Positions 44,302-54,441 of a stretch of DNA of 64,000 bases are shown here, one piece after another. The notes beneath the pieces were generated by a model. That model saw only the letters and a program-made list of their open reading frames with translations. It did no database searches and was not told the origin of the DNA. The stretch is from contig JBCNVN010000004.1 of assembly GCA_039630055.1 (NCBI GenBank), forward strand, positions 11,076-75,075, in the 5' to 3' direction. The position numbers and the translations under genes are program-made. Within the stretch, counting starts at the first letter, position 1. Each line of letters starts with the position of its first letter. Source of the DNA: Candidatus Caldarchaeales archaeon. Its GTDB lineage: Archaea > Thermoproteota > Nitrososphaeria_A > Caldarchaeales > Wolframiiraptoraceae.

Positions 44302-45571
44302 AGTTTACCCATCCCTCCATCCTCTCCCACCTCCATCTAAAATCGTATGGGATAGCATATCCATAAACTATGCAACCCCTCCATACCGAGAATGTTGGGT
44401 CTTTAGTGACGATCACTTGAACATTCTCGATCCCCTTCTCCTTCATCATCAGCTTGACCTTATCATCTGATGTAACTGCGACCCCTTCTAACCCTCTCGG
44501 GACTCTCCAGTTAAAGTTTCCACCTGATAGGATTATCTTTGAGAAAAGGTGGGGTTGAAGTTCTATAGAGCACTTCTCTACAGCTTCTATAATTGATTCA
44601 GCCATATCCGTCATGCCATAAAAGTATGTATCACCTATCTTTACATCGCTAGGCTTATTCATGCCTCTCTTGAAATAGCTTTGGAAGATCTCATGTCCAG
44701 GATTTACAGTATACTCGCCTATTAGGAATCTTGTCCAGCTCTGCTCTCCTAGATCTATCTTGATCCTCGTACCCTCTATCTTTAATTCCGCTCTAACCTT
44801 CTCTGGATTCTTCTTAGCGAACTCTAGTGCTTCCTCAAGTCTTCTAGGCATGAGACCTAACTGCTCTTTCACTTTTCTTACTAGACCTTCTTCTTTCGCT
44901 AAGTCACCATAACCGGAATCCTTTAAGATCTCTGAAGTTAGTTTGTTTCCATCGGCTCCGCCTCTATTCAAAGCAACTACCGCATTCCTTATTGGGTACA
45001 TTGAGATCGGACATACTTGAGTATTTCCATGCCCGCTCTCAACAACTACACATGTGGGGATTTTTTGAGAGATAGCTACAGCTAGAGGTTGTGGTATTAT
45101 GGTAGCAGCTCTAACCATCATCTTTTCAGAATTCATTTCTCCAAGTATGTTGAATAACTCTTCATACATGTATCTTGGAGCTGTTATAGTCAGACTTCCC
45201 ACGACGTAGAATCCTCTAAAATCTGGATCACTGGGGATGAAGTTCTCGATAGAATACTTTGTAAGTTCTCTTATTACTCTCCAGGCCTTTACATCGTTCT
45301 TCTCTATTAAACCATTCTTCATCGGGTAGATAAGCCTCTCAGATAGATCTTCTCTCGCCTCAAGGAATGATGGGAGATCTCTGCCTACCACGATATCTCT
45401 ATTTACACCCATGATCCTAGACATAACAGAACTCTTATCAATATAATACCCTCTATTCTCAACTACTTCAGGTACCTCCCCTATAGTTATAGGGCCATAC
45501 TTGAAATCGCTTGTACCATAATCGATCGCGAAGACATGTGATCGTTTATATTCTTCACTCAAATGAATCAA
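44294..45571 (-). CDS. Crenactin (archaeal actin homologue)
   Basis: Actin-fold motifs are phosphate-1 FAIDYGTSDFKYG, phosphate-2 VVVESGHGNTQVCP and adenosine KIILSGGNF. The length (425 aa) and overall pattern match crenactin rather than MreB/ParM. Confidence 0.75.
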   Translation of the reverse strand: MIHLSEEYKRSHVFAIDYGTSDFKYGPITIGEVPEVVENRGYYIDKSSVMSRIMGVNRDIVVGRDLPSFLEAREDLSERLIYPMKNGLIEKNDVKAWRVIRELTKYSIENFIPSDPDFRGFYVVGSLTITAPRYMYEELFNILGEMNSEKMMVRAATIIPQPLAVAISQKIPTCVVVESGHGNTQVCPISMYPIRNAVVALNRGGADGNKLTSEILKDSGYGDLAKEEGLVRKVKEQLGLMPRRLEEALEFAKKNPEKVRAELKIEGTRIKIDLGEQSWTRFLIGEYTVNPGHEIFQSYFKRGMNKPSDVKIGDTYFYGMTDMAESIIEAVEKCSIELQPHLFSKIILSGGNFNWRVPRGLEGVAVTSDDKVKLMMKEKGIENVQVIVTKDPTFSVWRGCIVYGYAIPYDFRWRWERMEGWVNYA

Positions 45572-46101
45572 ACCTCCTTGACCATAAAGTATTCAATAAG
45601 TTTTGAGTGGATCATCTTGACAGCATCAACATCTCTTGAACTAATCCTATATGAGGCTGTCAGTTTTCCAAAGAGTGGATAGGTCTCCAACACGATCTCT
45701 ACTCCATGGATCTTTAATCTCTTAACCTCATTCATTCTAGAGTCTAGATTTAACTTTCTCGCGACTTCCCCAAAATCAATACCTCTAAAAAAATAGTATA
45801 CATCTATATACCAACATCCACCCCCGTTAACGATCTGTCTCACAACATCTTTTAGTCCAGCTGGATCTATCAATCCATCTTTATCTCTTAGAGAGAGTAT
45901 AACTTCTGATCGATCCTCGCTCTCTGCAAGTGGCTCTAACTTAAACTTCTCCTTCTCTAGCATGTTATCTATCTTCTTCCATCCATGCCGAGATAATGTT
46001 GAGAGCAGGTTTTTCCATCCACCAGTGTATTGATAGAATCTACAGACTAGCCTGATATCAAGGTTGGTCATATCCAGATTACTATCTGATATCTCTGCCA
46101 T
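45568..46101 (-). CDS. Hypothetical protein upstream of crenactin (positional equivalent of arcadin-1)
   Basis: ATGA stop/start overlap with crenactin. The track ORF (to 46158) would overlap the divergent cupin ORF at the 5' ends, so I prefer the internal ATG at 46101 (MAEISDSNLD). Confidence 0.5.
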   Translation of the reverse strand: MAEISDSNLDMTNLDIRLVCRFYQYTGGWKNLLSTLSRHGWKKIDNMLEKEKFKLEPLAESEDRSEVILSLRDKDGLIDPAGLKDVVRQIVNGGGCWYIDVYYFFRGIDFGEVARKLNLDSRMNEVKRLKIHGVEIVLETYPLFGKLTASYRISSRDVDAVKMIHSKLIEYFMVKEV

Positions 46102-46173
46102 CCTAGAATATATCTCTTGGAGAGATATCTGAAAGTGGATAAAAATATAAACCACCACTTTCTTGTATCATCC

Positions 46174-46524
46174 ATGGTTAAGGTCTGGAGAAGGGGCCCA
46201 TGGATAGACTTTAGAGAGAAGATCTCTATAAAGACTTTAAGCTATGGTGAGAACTGTCTTCTAGTACTTTTTAAGATAGATTCTGGTGGGCAGGTTCCAT
46301 TACATAGTCATCCCCAAGACCAGTATGGGCTAGTGATAAGTGGGAGAGGTTACTTTACTTCAAGAGATGGGAATGTAGAAGTAGCTGAGGGAGACTCCTA
46401 CCATATTCGATCAAATGAAGAACATGGATTTGCTGCTATAACGGATGTAGTCGTAATAGACATATTTGTACCACCGAGAGAAGACTATCTAAAACTAGCT
46501 CGGAGACCAGATGTCGATTACTAG
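46174..46524 (+). CDS. Cupin-domain protein
   Basis: GGQVPLHSHPQDQYGLVISGRG...EGDSYHIRSNEEHGF contains the two cupin motifs. I prefer the start at ATG 46174 (MVKVWRRG) over 46117. Confidence 0.7.
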   Translation: MVKVWRRGPWIDFREKISIKTLSYGENCLLVLFKIDSGGQVPLHSHPQDQYGLVISGRGYFTSRDGNVEVAEGDSYHIRSNEEHGFAAITDVVVIDIFVPPREDYLKLARRPDVDY

Positions 46525-46661
46525 TAGATGAGAGATTGAGTTTTCTGAGAGCATAGGTTATGGCCCCATCAATATTTATCGATAAATTTAATGTCTTTTC
46601 TGAAATCTAGAGTAGCGTTAAATAGGTCGTAGATCAAAAGTAGAGAAGGAGAAGGGGGAAG

Positions 46662-48848
46662 ATGCCTAGAATTAAAAAGATCTCAGAGGTGCTGGATATA
46701 CTCCGTCAAAAAGACCGTATAAGGAATATAGGGATTATCGCTCACGTCGACCATGGTAAGACGACTACAACCGATAGCCTATTGGCGGCAGCCGGACTCC
46801 TATCACCAGCACTAGCCGGTAAAGCCCTCGCTCTAGACTATCTTGAAGAGGAACAGCAGAGGCAGATGACGATTAAGGCCGCCAACATCTCTCTCTACTA
46901 CGAGATGGATGGCAGCCCATACATAATCAACATGATCGATACTCCAGGTCACGTAGATTTTAGCGGTAGAGTTACGAGAGCTCTTAGAGCTATAGATGGA
47001 GCTGTGGTTGTCGTGGATGCTGTGGAGGGGGTGATGACTCAGACTGAGACGGTGATAAGACAGGCTGTTCAAGAGAGGGTTAAACCCGTCCTTTACATAA
47101 ACAAGATCGATAGATTGATCAAAGAACTGAGATTGACACCTGAAAAGATACAGGAGACTTTAGCCAGAATCGTATTAGATGCTAATCGATTGATAGAGAT
47201 GTATGCTGAGCCAGAGTATAGGGAGAAGTGGAAGGTTAGTTTTCAAGCTGGAAATGTAGCTATTGGAAGCGCAAAAGATAGATGGGGCTTCACTCTCCAG
47301 CAAGCTCAAAAGAAAGGTATAAAATTCTCAGATGTTCTTAAAGCCTTCAGCAATAACGATCTAGACTGGCTTAGAGAGAATACGCCGCTCCATGAGGCTA
47401 TACTTGAGATGGTTATCACACATCATCCACCTCCACATATTGCTCAAAGGTATAGAATACCGAAGATATGGAGAGGAAATATAGAAGATGAGGTTGGAAA
47501 GGCGATGTTAAACTGCAGTGAAGATGGTCCTACAGTAATGATCGTTACAGATGTTAAGGTAGATCCTCAAGCAGGGATTGTGGCCACGGGAAGATTGTTT
47601 AGCGGTACAGTAAATGAGGGGGACAACCTTCTTATAGTCGGAAGGAATATAAAGAAGAGGATTCAGCAAGTTACGGTCTATATGGGTCCAAGTAGAGAGA
47701 TAGTTGGATCTCTCCCAGCAGGCAATATTCCAGCCCTGCTTGGAATAGAGGAGGCGAGAGCCGGGGATACTCTAGCGACCTATGATGTCGTTCCGTTCGA
47801 GTCTCTAAAGTACGTCTCTGAGCCTGTTGTAACAATATCTGTCGAGCCGAAACATAGTAGAGACCTACCCAAGCTAGTAGATTTCTTGAACAAACTTAGC
47901 ATTGAGGATCCTACTCTCGTTACCACAGTGAGACCTGAGACCGGTGAATACTTGATAAGCGGTATGGGAACTCTTCATCTAGAGATAGCTCTTACATGGA
48001 TATCCAAGGCAGGATTGGATATCATATCAGGTAAGCCAATAATCCTCTATAGAGAAACCATACTTGAGAGGGGAAAGGTTTTCGAGGGCAAGTCACCTAA
48101 TAGACATAATAAGATATACATACAGGTTGAGCCACTTGAAGAAGAGATTGTAGAATTGATTAGGAGAGGAGAATTGTTCGATGAGATGGATAAGAAGCAG
48201 ATGGCGAAGATATTAAGAGACCATGGTTGGGATGCGGATATGGCTAGAGGTGTCTGGACTATTGATCCTAGGGGTAACATACTTGTAGACATGACCAAGG
48301 GAGCCCAATATCTACAAGAAAGTAAGATGATGATAATTGGTGGTTTCCAGAGAGTTGTGCAGGAGGGGCCTCTAGCTGGAGAGAATATGAGGGGAGTAAA
48401 AGCAATACTAACCCAGGTTGAACTTCATGAAGATCCAGTCCATAGAGGTTATGCACAGATAGCTCCAGCAACATGGAGAAGTATGTATGCGAGTATTCTA
48501 AGCGCAAATCCGATTCTATTAGAGCCTGTGCTGAAGATAGAGGCGAAGGTTCCTCCAGACCTCATGGGAGCAGTTACCAGCGTTGTTACTTCTAAGAGGG
48601 GTAAAATAATGGAGGTAGCTCAACAAGAATACATCACTGTGGTTACCGGAGAGATACCTGCTGCTGAAACATTCGACTTGAGCGAAGTGATGCGTGGAGC
48701 TACGGTAGGTAAAGCATTTTGGGCCACAGAGTTCTATGCATGGAGACCAGTTCCAGCATCGATAAGAGATAAAGTAATAGAAGATATAAGGAGGAGGAAG
48801 GGTCTACCACCAAATATACCTAAGATATCAGATTTCGTAGAAGAATAG
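46662..48848 (+). CDS. fusA: Translation elongation factor 2 (aEF-2)
   Basis: G1 AHVDHGKTT, G3 DTPGHVDF, NKIDR and the diphthamide-loop context HEDPVHRG. It is preceded by a purine-rich GGAGAAGGGGGAAG. Confidence 0.95.
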   Translation: MPRIKKISEVLDILRQKDRIRNIGIIAHVDHGKTTTTDSLLAAAGLLSPALAGKALALDYLEEEQQRQMTIKAANISLYYEMDGSPYIINMIDTPGHVDFSGRVTRALRAIDGAVVVVDAVEGVMTQTETVIRQAVQERVKPVLYINKIDRLIKELRLTPEKIQETLARIVLDANRLIEMYAEPEYREKWKVSFQAGNVAIGSAKDRWGFTLQQAQKKGIKFSDVLKAFSNNDLDWLRENTPLHEAILEMVITHHPPPHIAQRYRIPKIWRGNIEDEVGKAMLNCSEDGPTVMIVTDVKVDPQAGIVATGRLFSGTVNEGDNLLIVGRNIKKRIQQVTVYMGPSREIVGSLPAGNIPALLGIEEARAGDTLATYDVVPFESLKYVSEPVVTISVEPKHSRDLPKLVDFLNKLSIEDPTLVTTVRPETGEYLISGMGTLHLEIALTWISKAGLDIISGKPIILYRETILERGKVFEGKSPNRHNKIYIQVEPLEEEIVELIRRGELFDEMDKKQMAKILRDHGWDADMARGVWTIDPRGNILVDMTKGAQYLQESKMMIIGGFQRVVQEGPLAGENMRGVKAILTQVELHEDPVHRGYAQIAPATWRSMYASILSANPILLEPVLKIEAKVPPDLMGAVTSVVTSKRGKIMEVAQQEYITVVTGEIPAAETFDLSEVMRGATVGKAFWATEFYAWRPVPASIRDKVIEDIRRRKGLPPNIPKISDFVEE

Positions 48849-48988
48849 ATTGTAGAGATTGATTCTTGAAGAAGAATGGAATATCTAGATTATACTGATT
48901 CTATAATCATTAATCTAATTCCCTTCATAAATCCCATACTAAAAAATCTTTATTGGTGTAAAGTACCATTATAGAATCGAGATGAAAT

Positions 48989-50134
48989 ATGGTAAAGATA
49001 GTTGTACTCGGCTATGGTAGAATAGGTTCTGCAATCGTTGATACTCTCACCTCTTCTAAGATTGTATCAGGTATCGGAGTCTGCGACTCCAATTATGACG
49101 TTATCAAAGATCTGTCTAAAGAGAAAATTGAAGTATTCCATATAGATGTCCATGACAAGAATATCTTGGTTAGGGTAATGAAAGAATATGATATTGCAGT
49201 ATGTGCTCTACCAAGTTATCTAGGGTTTAAAGTCGAAGAGGCAGCGATAGAAGCTGGTGTAGATCTGGTTGATGTCTCTTATATGTCTGAAGACCCTTTC
49301 TCACTCGATGCTAGAGCTAGAGATGCTGGCATAACGATAGTCCCCGATTGTGGTGTGGCTCCAGGATTAAGCAATATGCTAATCGGCCTTGGTTTTCAAG
49401 AATTCGATAAAGTCGATTCTATTAAAATATTGGTCGGTAGCTTGCCTCAGAACCCTATACCACCATTAGAATATATTATAACGTGGTCATCTGAGGATTT
49501 ACTTGAAGAATATACTAGACCTGTAAGAATTATAGAGAACGGTACTCTTAAGTATGTTAACCCTCTCACAGGTATCGAGTTGATCGATTTTGAGGGTCTA
49601 GGTGTCTTCGAAGCATTCTACACCGATGGTTTAAGAACGTTATTAAAAACTCTAAATGGAAAGGTAGAATATATGTGTGAAAAAACATTGAGATATCCAG
49701 GACATGCAGAGAAGATTCTATTTCTTAAAGAAATAGGTATGCTCGATGAGGAGCCTTTAGATGTTGATGGTGTAAAGATGGTACCGAGAAAATTTTTGGC
49801 TAGATTGCTTGAAAAGAGACTTGGAGCCAGAGATCGTGACATGCTTCTATTGAGAGTAATGTTGAAAGGTGTTAAGAATAGTTCAACTTTTTCTAAGATA
49901 TTTCAAGTTATCGATATGTATGATGTAGAGAAAAATGTTACTGCATTATCTAGAACGACAGCATACACTGCAACTGGCACCGCATTGCTCCTCGGAATGA
50001 AAATGGTTAAGGAGAAAGGTATTCTACCACCAGAGATTATCGGTTTCAACAAGAGATATATGGAATATCTATTGAATTATCTAGAGGAAAGAAAGATATC
50101 TATAAAGGAGATGGAAAGTTTTGAATATAAGTGA
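48989..50134 (+). CDS. Saccharopine dehydrogenase-family NAD(P)-binding protein
   Basis: N-terminal Rossmann motif VVLGYGRIGSAI, then VDVSY, and PDCGVAPGLSNML, which is typical of the family. Confidence 0.7.
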   Translation: MVKIVVLGYGRIGSAIVDTLTSSKIVSGIGVCDSNYDVIKDLSKEKIEVFHIDVHDKNILVRVMKEYDIAVCALPSYLGFKVEEAAIEAGVDLVDVSYMSEDPFSLDARARDAGITIVPDCGVAPGLSNMLIGLGFQEFDKVDSIKILVGSLPQNPIPPLEYIITWSSEDLLEEYTRPVRIIENGTLKYVNPLTGIELIDFEGLGVFEAFYTDGLRTLLKTLNGKVEYMCEKTLRYPGHAEKILFLKEIGMLDEEPLDVDGVKMVPRKFLARLLEKRLGARDRDMLLLRVMLKGVKNSSTFSKIFQVIDMYDVEKNVTALSRTTAYTATGTALLLGMKMVKEKGILPPEIIGFNKRYMEYLLNYLEERKISIKEMESFEYK

Positions 50135-50294
50135 ATAAGAAAGTAATCTTTTGGAGTTGCATGGATAGAAAAATCATAAAAACTATGATAGAATTTTATT
50201 TAAGGATAGAGAATATATCGGGGCTGGAAGGGTTTTGTTAGATTATCCCAGTACAATAGAAACTTTTAATAACTATTAAGAATAATTGTAGTTT

Positions 50295-51206
50295 ATGCAT
50301 AAGAGAATATGTACGGTTGACCCTGTTAGCGCTATTTCTAAAACAGTCGCAATACTAATCGTCATAATAATCATTCTTGGAGTAGTCGCTGCGGTAGAAC
50401 CACTACTTATCCCTGCTAGAGAAGTGACTAGAACTATTACCTTCACTACTACAGTAGGGGATGTGAATTGGGAGAATATTCAAAAGAGGGGTACAATAAT
50501 AATCGGTACTTCTCCTGATTGGCCTCCGTTCGAATTTCTAGACCCTAAGACAGGTAAGGTTATAGGTTATGAAGTAGAGTTGATGGAGATCATAGCACAG
50601 AGGCTTGGACTTAAAGTTGAGTGGAGGACTATGGACTTCGCCACAATCATAGTTGCAGTAAAGAATAGAGATATCGATCTTGGCGTGAGCGGTTTTTCAG
50701 TAACTCCCGAGAGATTAGAAGAGATACAATTTACATTGCATCATACTGTAACTGAGTCTCAATTGATAATGTTAACTAAGAGAGCTGAAGAATTAGGAAT
50801 AAGGAAGCTTGAGAATATCGAGGAGATAGCAAAGTATAAGCTAATCGTAGGTACAGGTTCTGGAACCACACAAGAAGCAGAGTTGATGGATTTAGTGAAG
50901 AGAGGCGTAATATCGATGGATCAAGCGAGATCTTATGATGATTTTGGTGTAGCTTTAGAAGATCTAAAACTTGGTAGGATAGATGCCGTATACGCTGAGA
51001 CGCCTATAACTACTTGGTGGATAATGACTGAAGAAACACCCCTAGTAGTGGTTTATAGCAGCCCATACTGGCCCGTAGCATTCGTCGCCCATAAAGACTC
51101 AGACGAGCTGGTATCGAAGATAAACGGCGTCTTATCAGAATTGATCATGGAGGGCAAAGTTGCAGAACTATACAAAAAGTGGACTTCCCCAGAAGTATTG
51201 AAGTAA
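50295..51206 (+). CDS. Amino-acid ABC transporter substrate-binding protein (family 3) with N-terminal TM anchor
   Basis: TM helix AILIVIIIILGVVAAV, then PDWPPFEF, DIDLGVSGFSVTPER and DAVYAE. Confidence 0.8.
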   Translation: MHKRICTVDPVSAISKTVAILIVIIIILGVVAAVEPLLIPAREVTRTITFTTTVGDVNWENIQKRGTIIIGTSPDWPPFEFLDPKTGKVIGYEVELMEIIAQRLGLKVEWRTMDFATIIVAVKNRDIDLGVSGFSVTPERLEEIQFTLHHTVTESQLIMLTKRAEELGIRKLENIEEIAKYKLIVGTGSGTTQEAELMDLVKRGVISMDQARSYDDFGVALEDLKLGRIDAVYAETPITTWWIMTEETPLVVVYSSPYWPVAFVAHKDSDELVSKINGVLSELIMEGKVAELYKKWTSPEVLK

Positions 51207-51217
51207 AGAGATGGAAG

Positions 51218-51868
51218 ATGACTCCCGTTGAACAATTGCTCTTCCTGCTAAGCGCAGTCCCGGTAACCCTATCCATATCTATCCTATCTTTTCTATTAGG
51301 TCTAGGTCTTGGAATAATATTCTCATTTATGAGGATCTACGGTTTAACGCCTCTAAAATATATCGCTGATGGATATGAGAAGATCTTTAGATCAGTACCC
51401 GTCCTCTCCATCATGTTCTTATTTTACTTCGGTTTAGGCGGATACATCCCGCTCTTTAAAAATTCATATCTCACATCGATAATAGCATTAGGACTTGTGA
51501 GTGGTGCAAATCAATCACAGATATTTAGAAGCTCGATTGGAAGTGTAGGTAAAAGTCAGATGCTAGCTGCTAAATCTCTAGGACTATCTAATTTTAAAGC
51601 ATTGAGATATGTTATCTTACCACAAGCGCTATTCTTAGCCGTTCCAGGTCTAGGAAGCGAGATAGCTTTACTAATAAAGGATTCTTCATACTCTTTCATA
51701 ATCGGGGTGATAGAGTTGATGAAGAATACAGATATTCTTAGAGCTGCTACAAGGTCTCTTGTCTTTCCATACGTTTCATCAGCATTAATATATGTGGCCT
51801 TAACATTCCCCTTTGCTACATATCTAGATAAGTGGGGGAGTAGAAAGAAAAGGGAGCTTGGATTATGA
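51218..51868 (+). CDS. Amino-acid ABC transporter permease
   Basis: Polytopic protein with an EAA-like loop (AAKSLGLSNFKALRYVILPQA). The track start at 51179 overlaps the binding-protein gene. The ATG at 51218 follows GAGATGGAAG. Confidence 0.8.
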   Translation: MTPVEQLLFLLSAVPVTLSISILSFLLGLGLGIIFSFMRIYGLTPLKYIADGYEKIFRSVPVLSIMFLFYFGLGGYIPLFKNSYLTSIIALGLVSGANQSQIFRSSIGSVGKSQMLAAKSLGLSNFKALRYVILPQALFLAVPGLGSEIALLIKDSSYSFIIGVIELMKNTDILRAATRSLVFPYVSSALIYVALTFPFATYLDKWGSRKKRELGL

Positions 51869-52596
51869 ACATACTTGAATGTCGAAATCTGACTAAGGTT
51901 TATGGAAAGGTGACGGCGGTCAAGAATGTTTCATTAGGTATAGGTAAAGGTGAGATCAAGGTAATCTTTGGTCCAAGCGGTTCTGGGAAATCTACACTTC
52001 TCAGATGCCTAGGACTTTTGGAGAGACCTACTAGTGGAAGAATCTATTTTAAAAACATAGACGTCTATTCATCTAAGCAAGACCTCAATAAGCTTAGAGC
52101 AAAGATAGGTTTTGTTTTTCAAGAACCCTCACTATTCAGACACTTGACAGCATTGAAGAATGTATCTCTGGGACTGAGACATGTCCTCGGATATTCTCAA
52201 GAAGAAGCAGAAAGTAAAGCTATGGATGCTTTAAGATTGGTCAAGATGGAAGAATGGGCAAGATATTATCCAGCTCAACTCTCCGGGGGGCAGCAGCAAA
52301 GAGTTGGCATTGCCAGGGCGATATCTATGGATCCAGAAATTATATTATTCGATGAGCCGACGGCAGCACTCGATGTTGAGCTTAAATGGGAAGTTATCTC
52401 AGTTATGAAAGATTTAGCAGATAGGGGGATAACTATGCTTATCGCAACTCATGAATTAAGATTTGCAAAAGAGGTTGCGGACGAGATGATATTCATGGAT
52501 CAAGGTGAGATAGTTGAGATTGGGGATACGGAGCATTTCTTTACATCACCCTCGACAGAAAGAGCTAGAAAATTCATGGCTAAACTTCTAGGTTAG
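51865..52596 (+). CDS. Amino-acid ABC transporter ATP-binding protein
   Basis: GPSGSGKST, LSGGQQQRVGIARA and ILFDEPTAALD. Confidence 0.9.
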   Translation: MNILECRNLTKVYGKVTAVKNVSLGIGKGEIKVIFGPSGSGKSTLLRCLGLLERPTSGRIYFKNIDVYSSKQDLNKLRAKIGFVFQEPSLFRHLTALKNVSLGLRHVLGYSQEEAESKAMDALRLVKMEEWARYYPAQLSGGQQQRVGIARAISMDPEIILFDEPTAALDVELKWEVISVMKDLADRGITMLIATHELRFAKEVADEMIFMDQGEIVEIGDTEHFFTSPSTERARKFMAKLLG

Positions 52597-52605
52597 TAGA
52601 TTGAG

Positions 52606-53268
52606 ATGTTATTCTTACTCGATTATTCAGATTTCCTAATAAACGGCTTTATCACGACACTCCAGGTTACATTGATAGGTGTAGGGTTGGGAATGGTGTT
52701 AGGGATAGTCGCATCTTTAGGAGATATATATGGGGGAAGGATAGTAAAGATTATTGTAAACGTGTATGTTGAGTTCTTCCGGGGATCGCCATTAATAGCT
52801 CAACTCTTTTTAATCTATTTCACTCTGCCAGTTTTAACTGGATTAAAACTAGACGTTACCACTGCTGGATACTTAACATTAGCTTTGAATAGTGGAGCTT
52901 ATCAGAAAGGCTATCTCAAAGGTGCTATGGAAGCTGTCTTTAAAGACCAGTTCCTTGCCGCGCTATCTCTCGGCCTCCCACTTAGAAAGATACTAATGTA
53001 TGTAGTCGTACCACAAGCTCTAAGAATTGTTATACCCGCATGGTCGAATGAGCTTGCATCTATGGCGAAGAGCACTACAGCTCTAATCGTCATAGGTGTC
53101 AGAGAATTGCTCAATACGGGTGTCTCGATAACAGCTCAGACATTTAGACCATTAGAAACCTACCTATTCATCACTATCGTCTACTTTATATGGATATACA
53201 CGATGTTAAAACTACTTGACATATTGTATAATAGGGTCAAGATACCTGGATTAGAGCCAGTAATATGA
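52606..53268 (+). CDS. Amino-acid ABC transporter permease (second subunit)
   Basis: Polytopic protein with the EAA-like loop AALSLGLPLRKILMYVVVPQA. Confidence 0.8.
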   Translation: MLFLLDYSDFLINGFITTLQVTLIGVGLGMVLGIVASLGDIYGGRIVKIIVNVYVEFFRGSPLIAQLFLIYFTLPVLTGLKLDVTTAGYLTLALNSGAYQKGYLKGAMEAVFKDQFLAALSLGLPLRKILMYVVVPQALRIVIPAWSNELASMAKSTTALIVIGVRELLNTGVSITAQTFRPLETYLFITIVYFIWIYTMLKLLDILYNRVKIPGLEPVI

Positions 53269-53274
53269 TCAGTT

Positions 53275-54345
53275 CTATTTCTCAGATTCACCTCGACTAA
53301 GTTTCTCGTATACTATGACACTAATTCTTCCCGCAACCTTCTCAGCTATCTCCATGAATGCCTTACTAGCAGGAGAGTTTGGATCTCTTATTACGACAGG
53401 TCTACCAACATCACCGCTTTCTCGAACTTCTGGGGCTAAGGGTATCTCACCTAAGAACGATATATTCATCTCTTTACATATCTTTTGAGAGTTTCCATAT
53501 CCAAATATCTCGGTTCTAGAACCACATTCTGGACAGATAAAATAGCTCATATTCTCTATTATTCCAATTATATCTACTTTCAACCTCATGAACATCCTTA
53601 AAGATTTTAACGCTATTCTCAAAGCAGCATCTTGTGGAGTCGTAACTATCACTACACCTGTCAGAGGGATTGTCTGGGATAGGGTGAGGGGAGCATCACC
53701 AGTTCCAGGTGGTAGATCTACGATCAAGTAGTCTATCTCACCCCAATCTACCCGGCTCAACATTTCTTCTACAGCTTTTCCAACCAGTGGCCCCCTCCAT
53801 ATTACCGGTGCATCTTCAGGCACCAGAAGCCCCATAGACATAGTTTTTATTCCCATGTATGATAGACCTGGCTCAATCCTATTTTCACCTACAGAGAATG
53901 GTGGACGAATTATCTCGAGCATCTTAGGTATTGTTGGACCGTAAACATCTGCATCTAGTAAGCCGACGCTCGCCTTCTTAGAAGCCAATGCTAGGGCCAG
54001 ATTTACGGCCACTGTAGATTTGCCCACACCACCCTTACCACTTGCAATAGCTATTACATTCTTTACACCTGGTATCTTCTTAGGAGTTGGGGGAGATAGA
54101 ACTCTAGAAGTTATTCTAATCTTAACATCTCTCACTCCATCTAATTTCTTAACCGCATCACGAGCTCTCTCTTCCAAGACCCCTCTAAGAGGACAGGCTG
54201 GAGTTGTAAGCTCTAAGACAAATGATACATCACCATCTTCTGATATCTTTACATCCTTAACCATTCCGAGACTTACGATATCTCTACCGAGTTCTGGATC
54301 CACAACATTTCTCAAAACGCTTAAAACGTCCTTCTCGGAAACCAT
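53275..54345 (-). CDS. apbC: Mrp/NBP35/ApbC-family Fe-S cluster carrier ATPase with N-terminal DUF59-like domain
   Basis: VVDPELGRDIVSLGMV (DUF59-like), the deviant Walker A SGKGGVGKST, and the CPECG CxxC motif. Confidence 0.9.
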   Translation of the reverse strand: MVSEKDVLSVLRNVVDPELGRDIVSLGMVKDVKISEDGDVSFVLELTTPACPLRGVLEERARDAVKKLDGVRDVKIRITSRVLSPPTPKKIPGVKNVIAIASGKGGVGKSTVAVNLALALASKKASVGLLDADVYGPTIPKMLEIIRPPFSVGENRIEPGLSYMGIKTMSMGLLVPEDAPVIWRGPLVGKAVEEMLSRVDWGEIDYLIVDLPPGTGDAPLTLSQTIPLTGVVIVTTPQDAALRIALKSLRMFMRLKVDIIGIIENMSYFICPECGSRTEIFGYGNSQKICKEMNISFLGEIPLAPEVRESGDVGRPVVIRDPNSPASKAFMEIAEKVAGRISVIVYEKLSRGESEK

Positions 54346-54422
54346 TCCTACTCCGTTTTACCCCCCATCCACAATAAAAACATTCCCAAATTACTCTTTC
54401 TATTCAATTATTGTTTAGAAAA

Positions 54423-54441
54423 ATGGTTTACCGTAAACCAT
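54423..54441. promoter_or_regulatory. Perfect 9-bp-arm palindrome ATGGTTTAC-c-GTAAACCAT in the 409-bp divergent intergenic region
   Basis: Read directly from the sequence. It lies 78 nt upstream of the apbC start codon. Confidence 0.3.
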
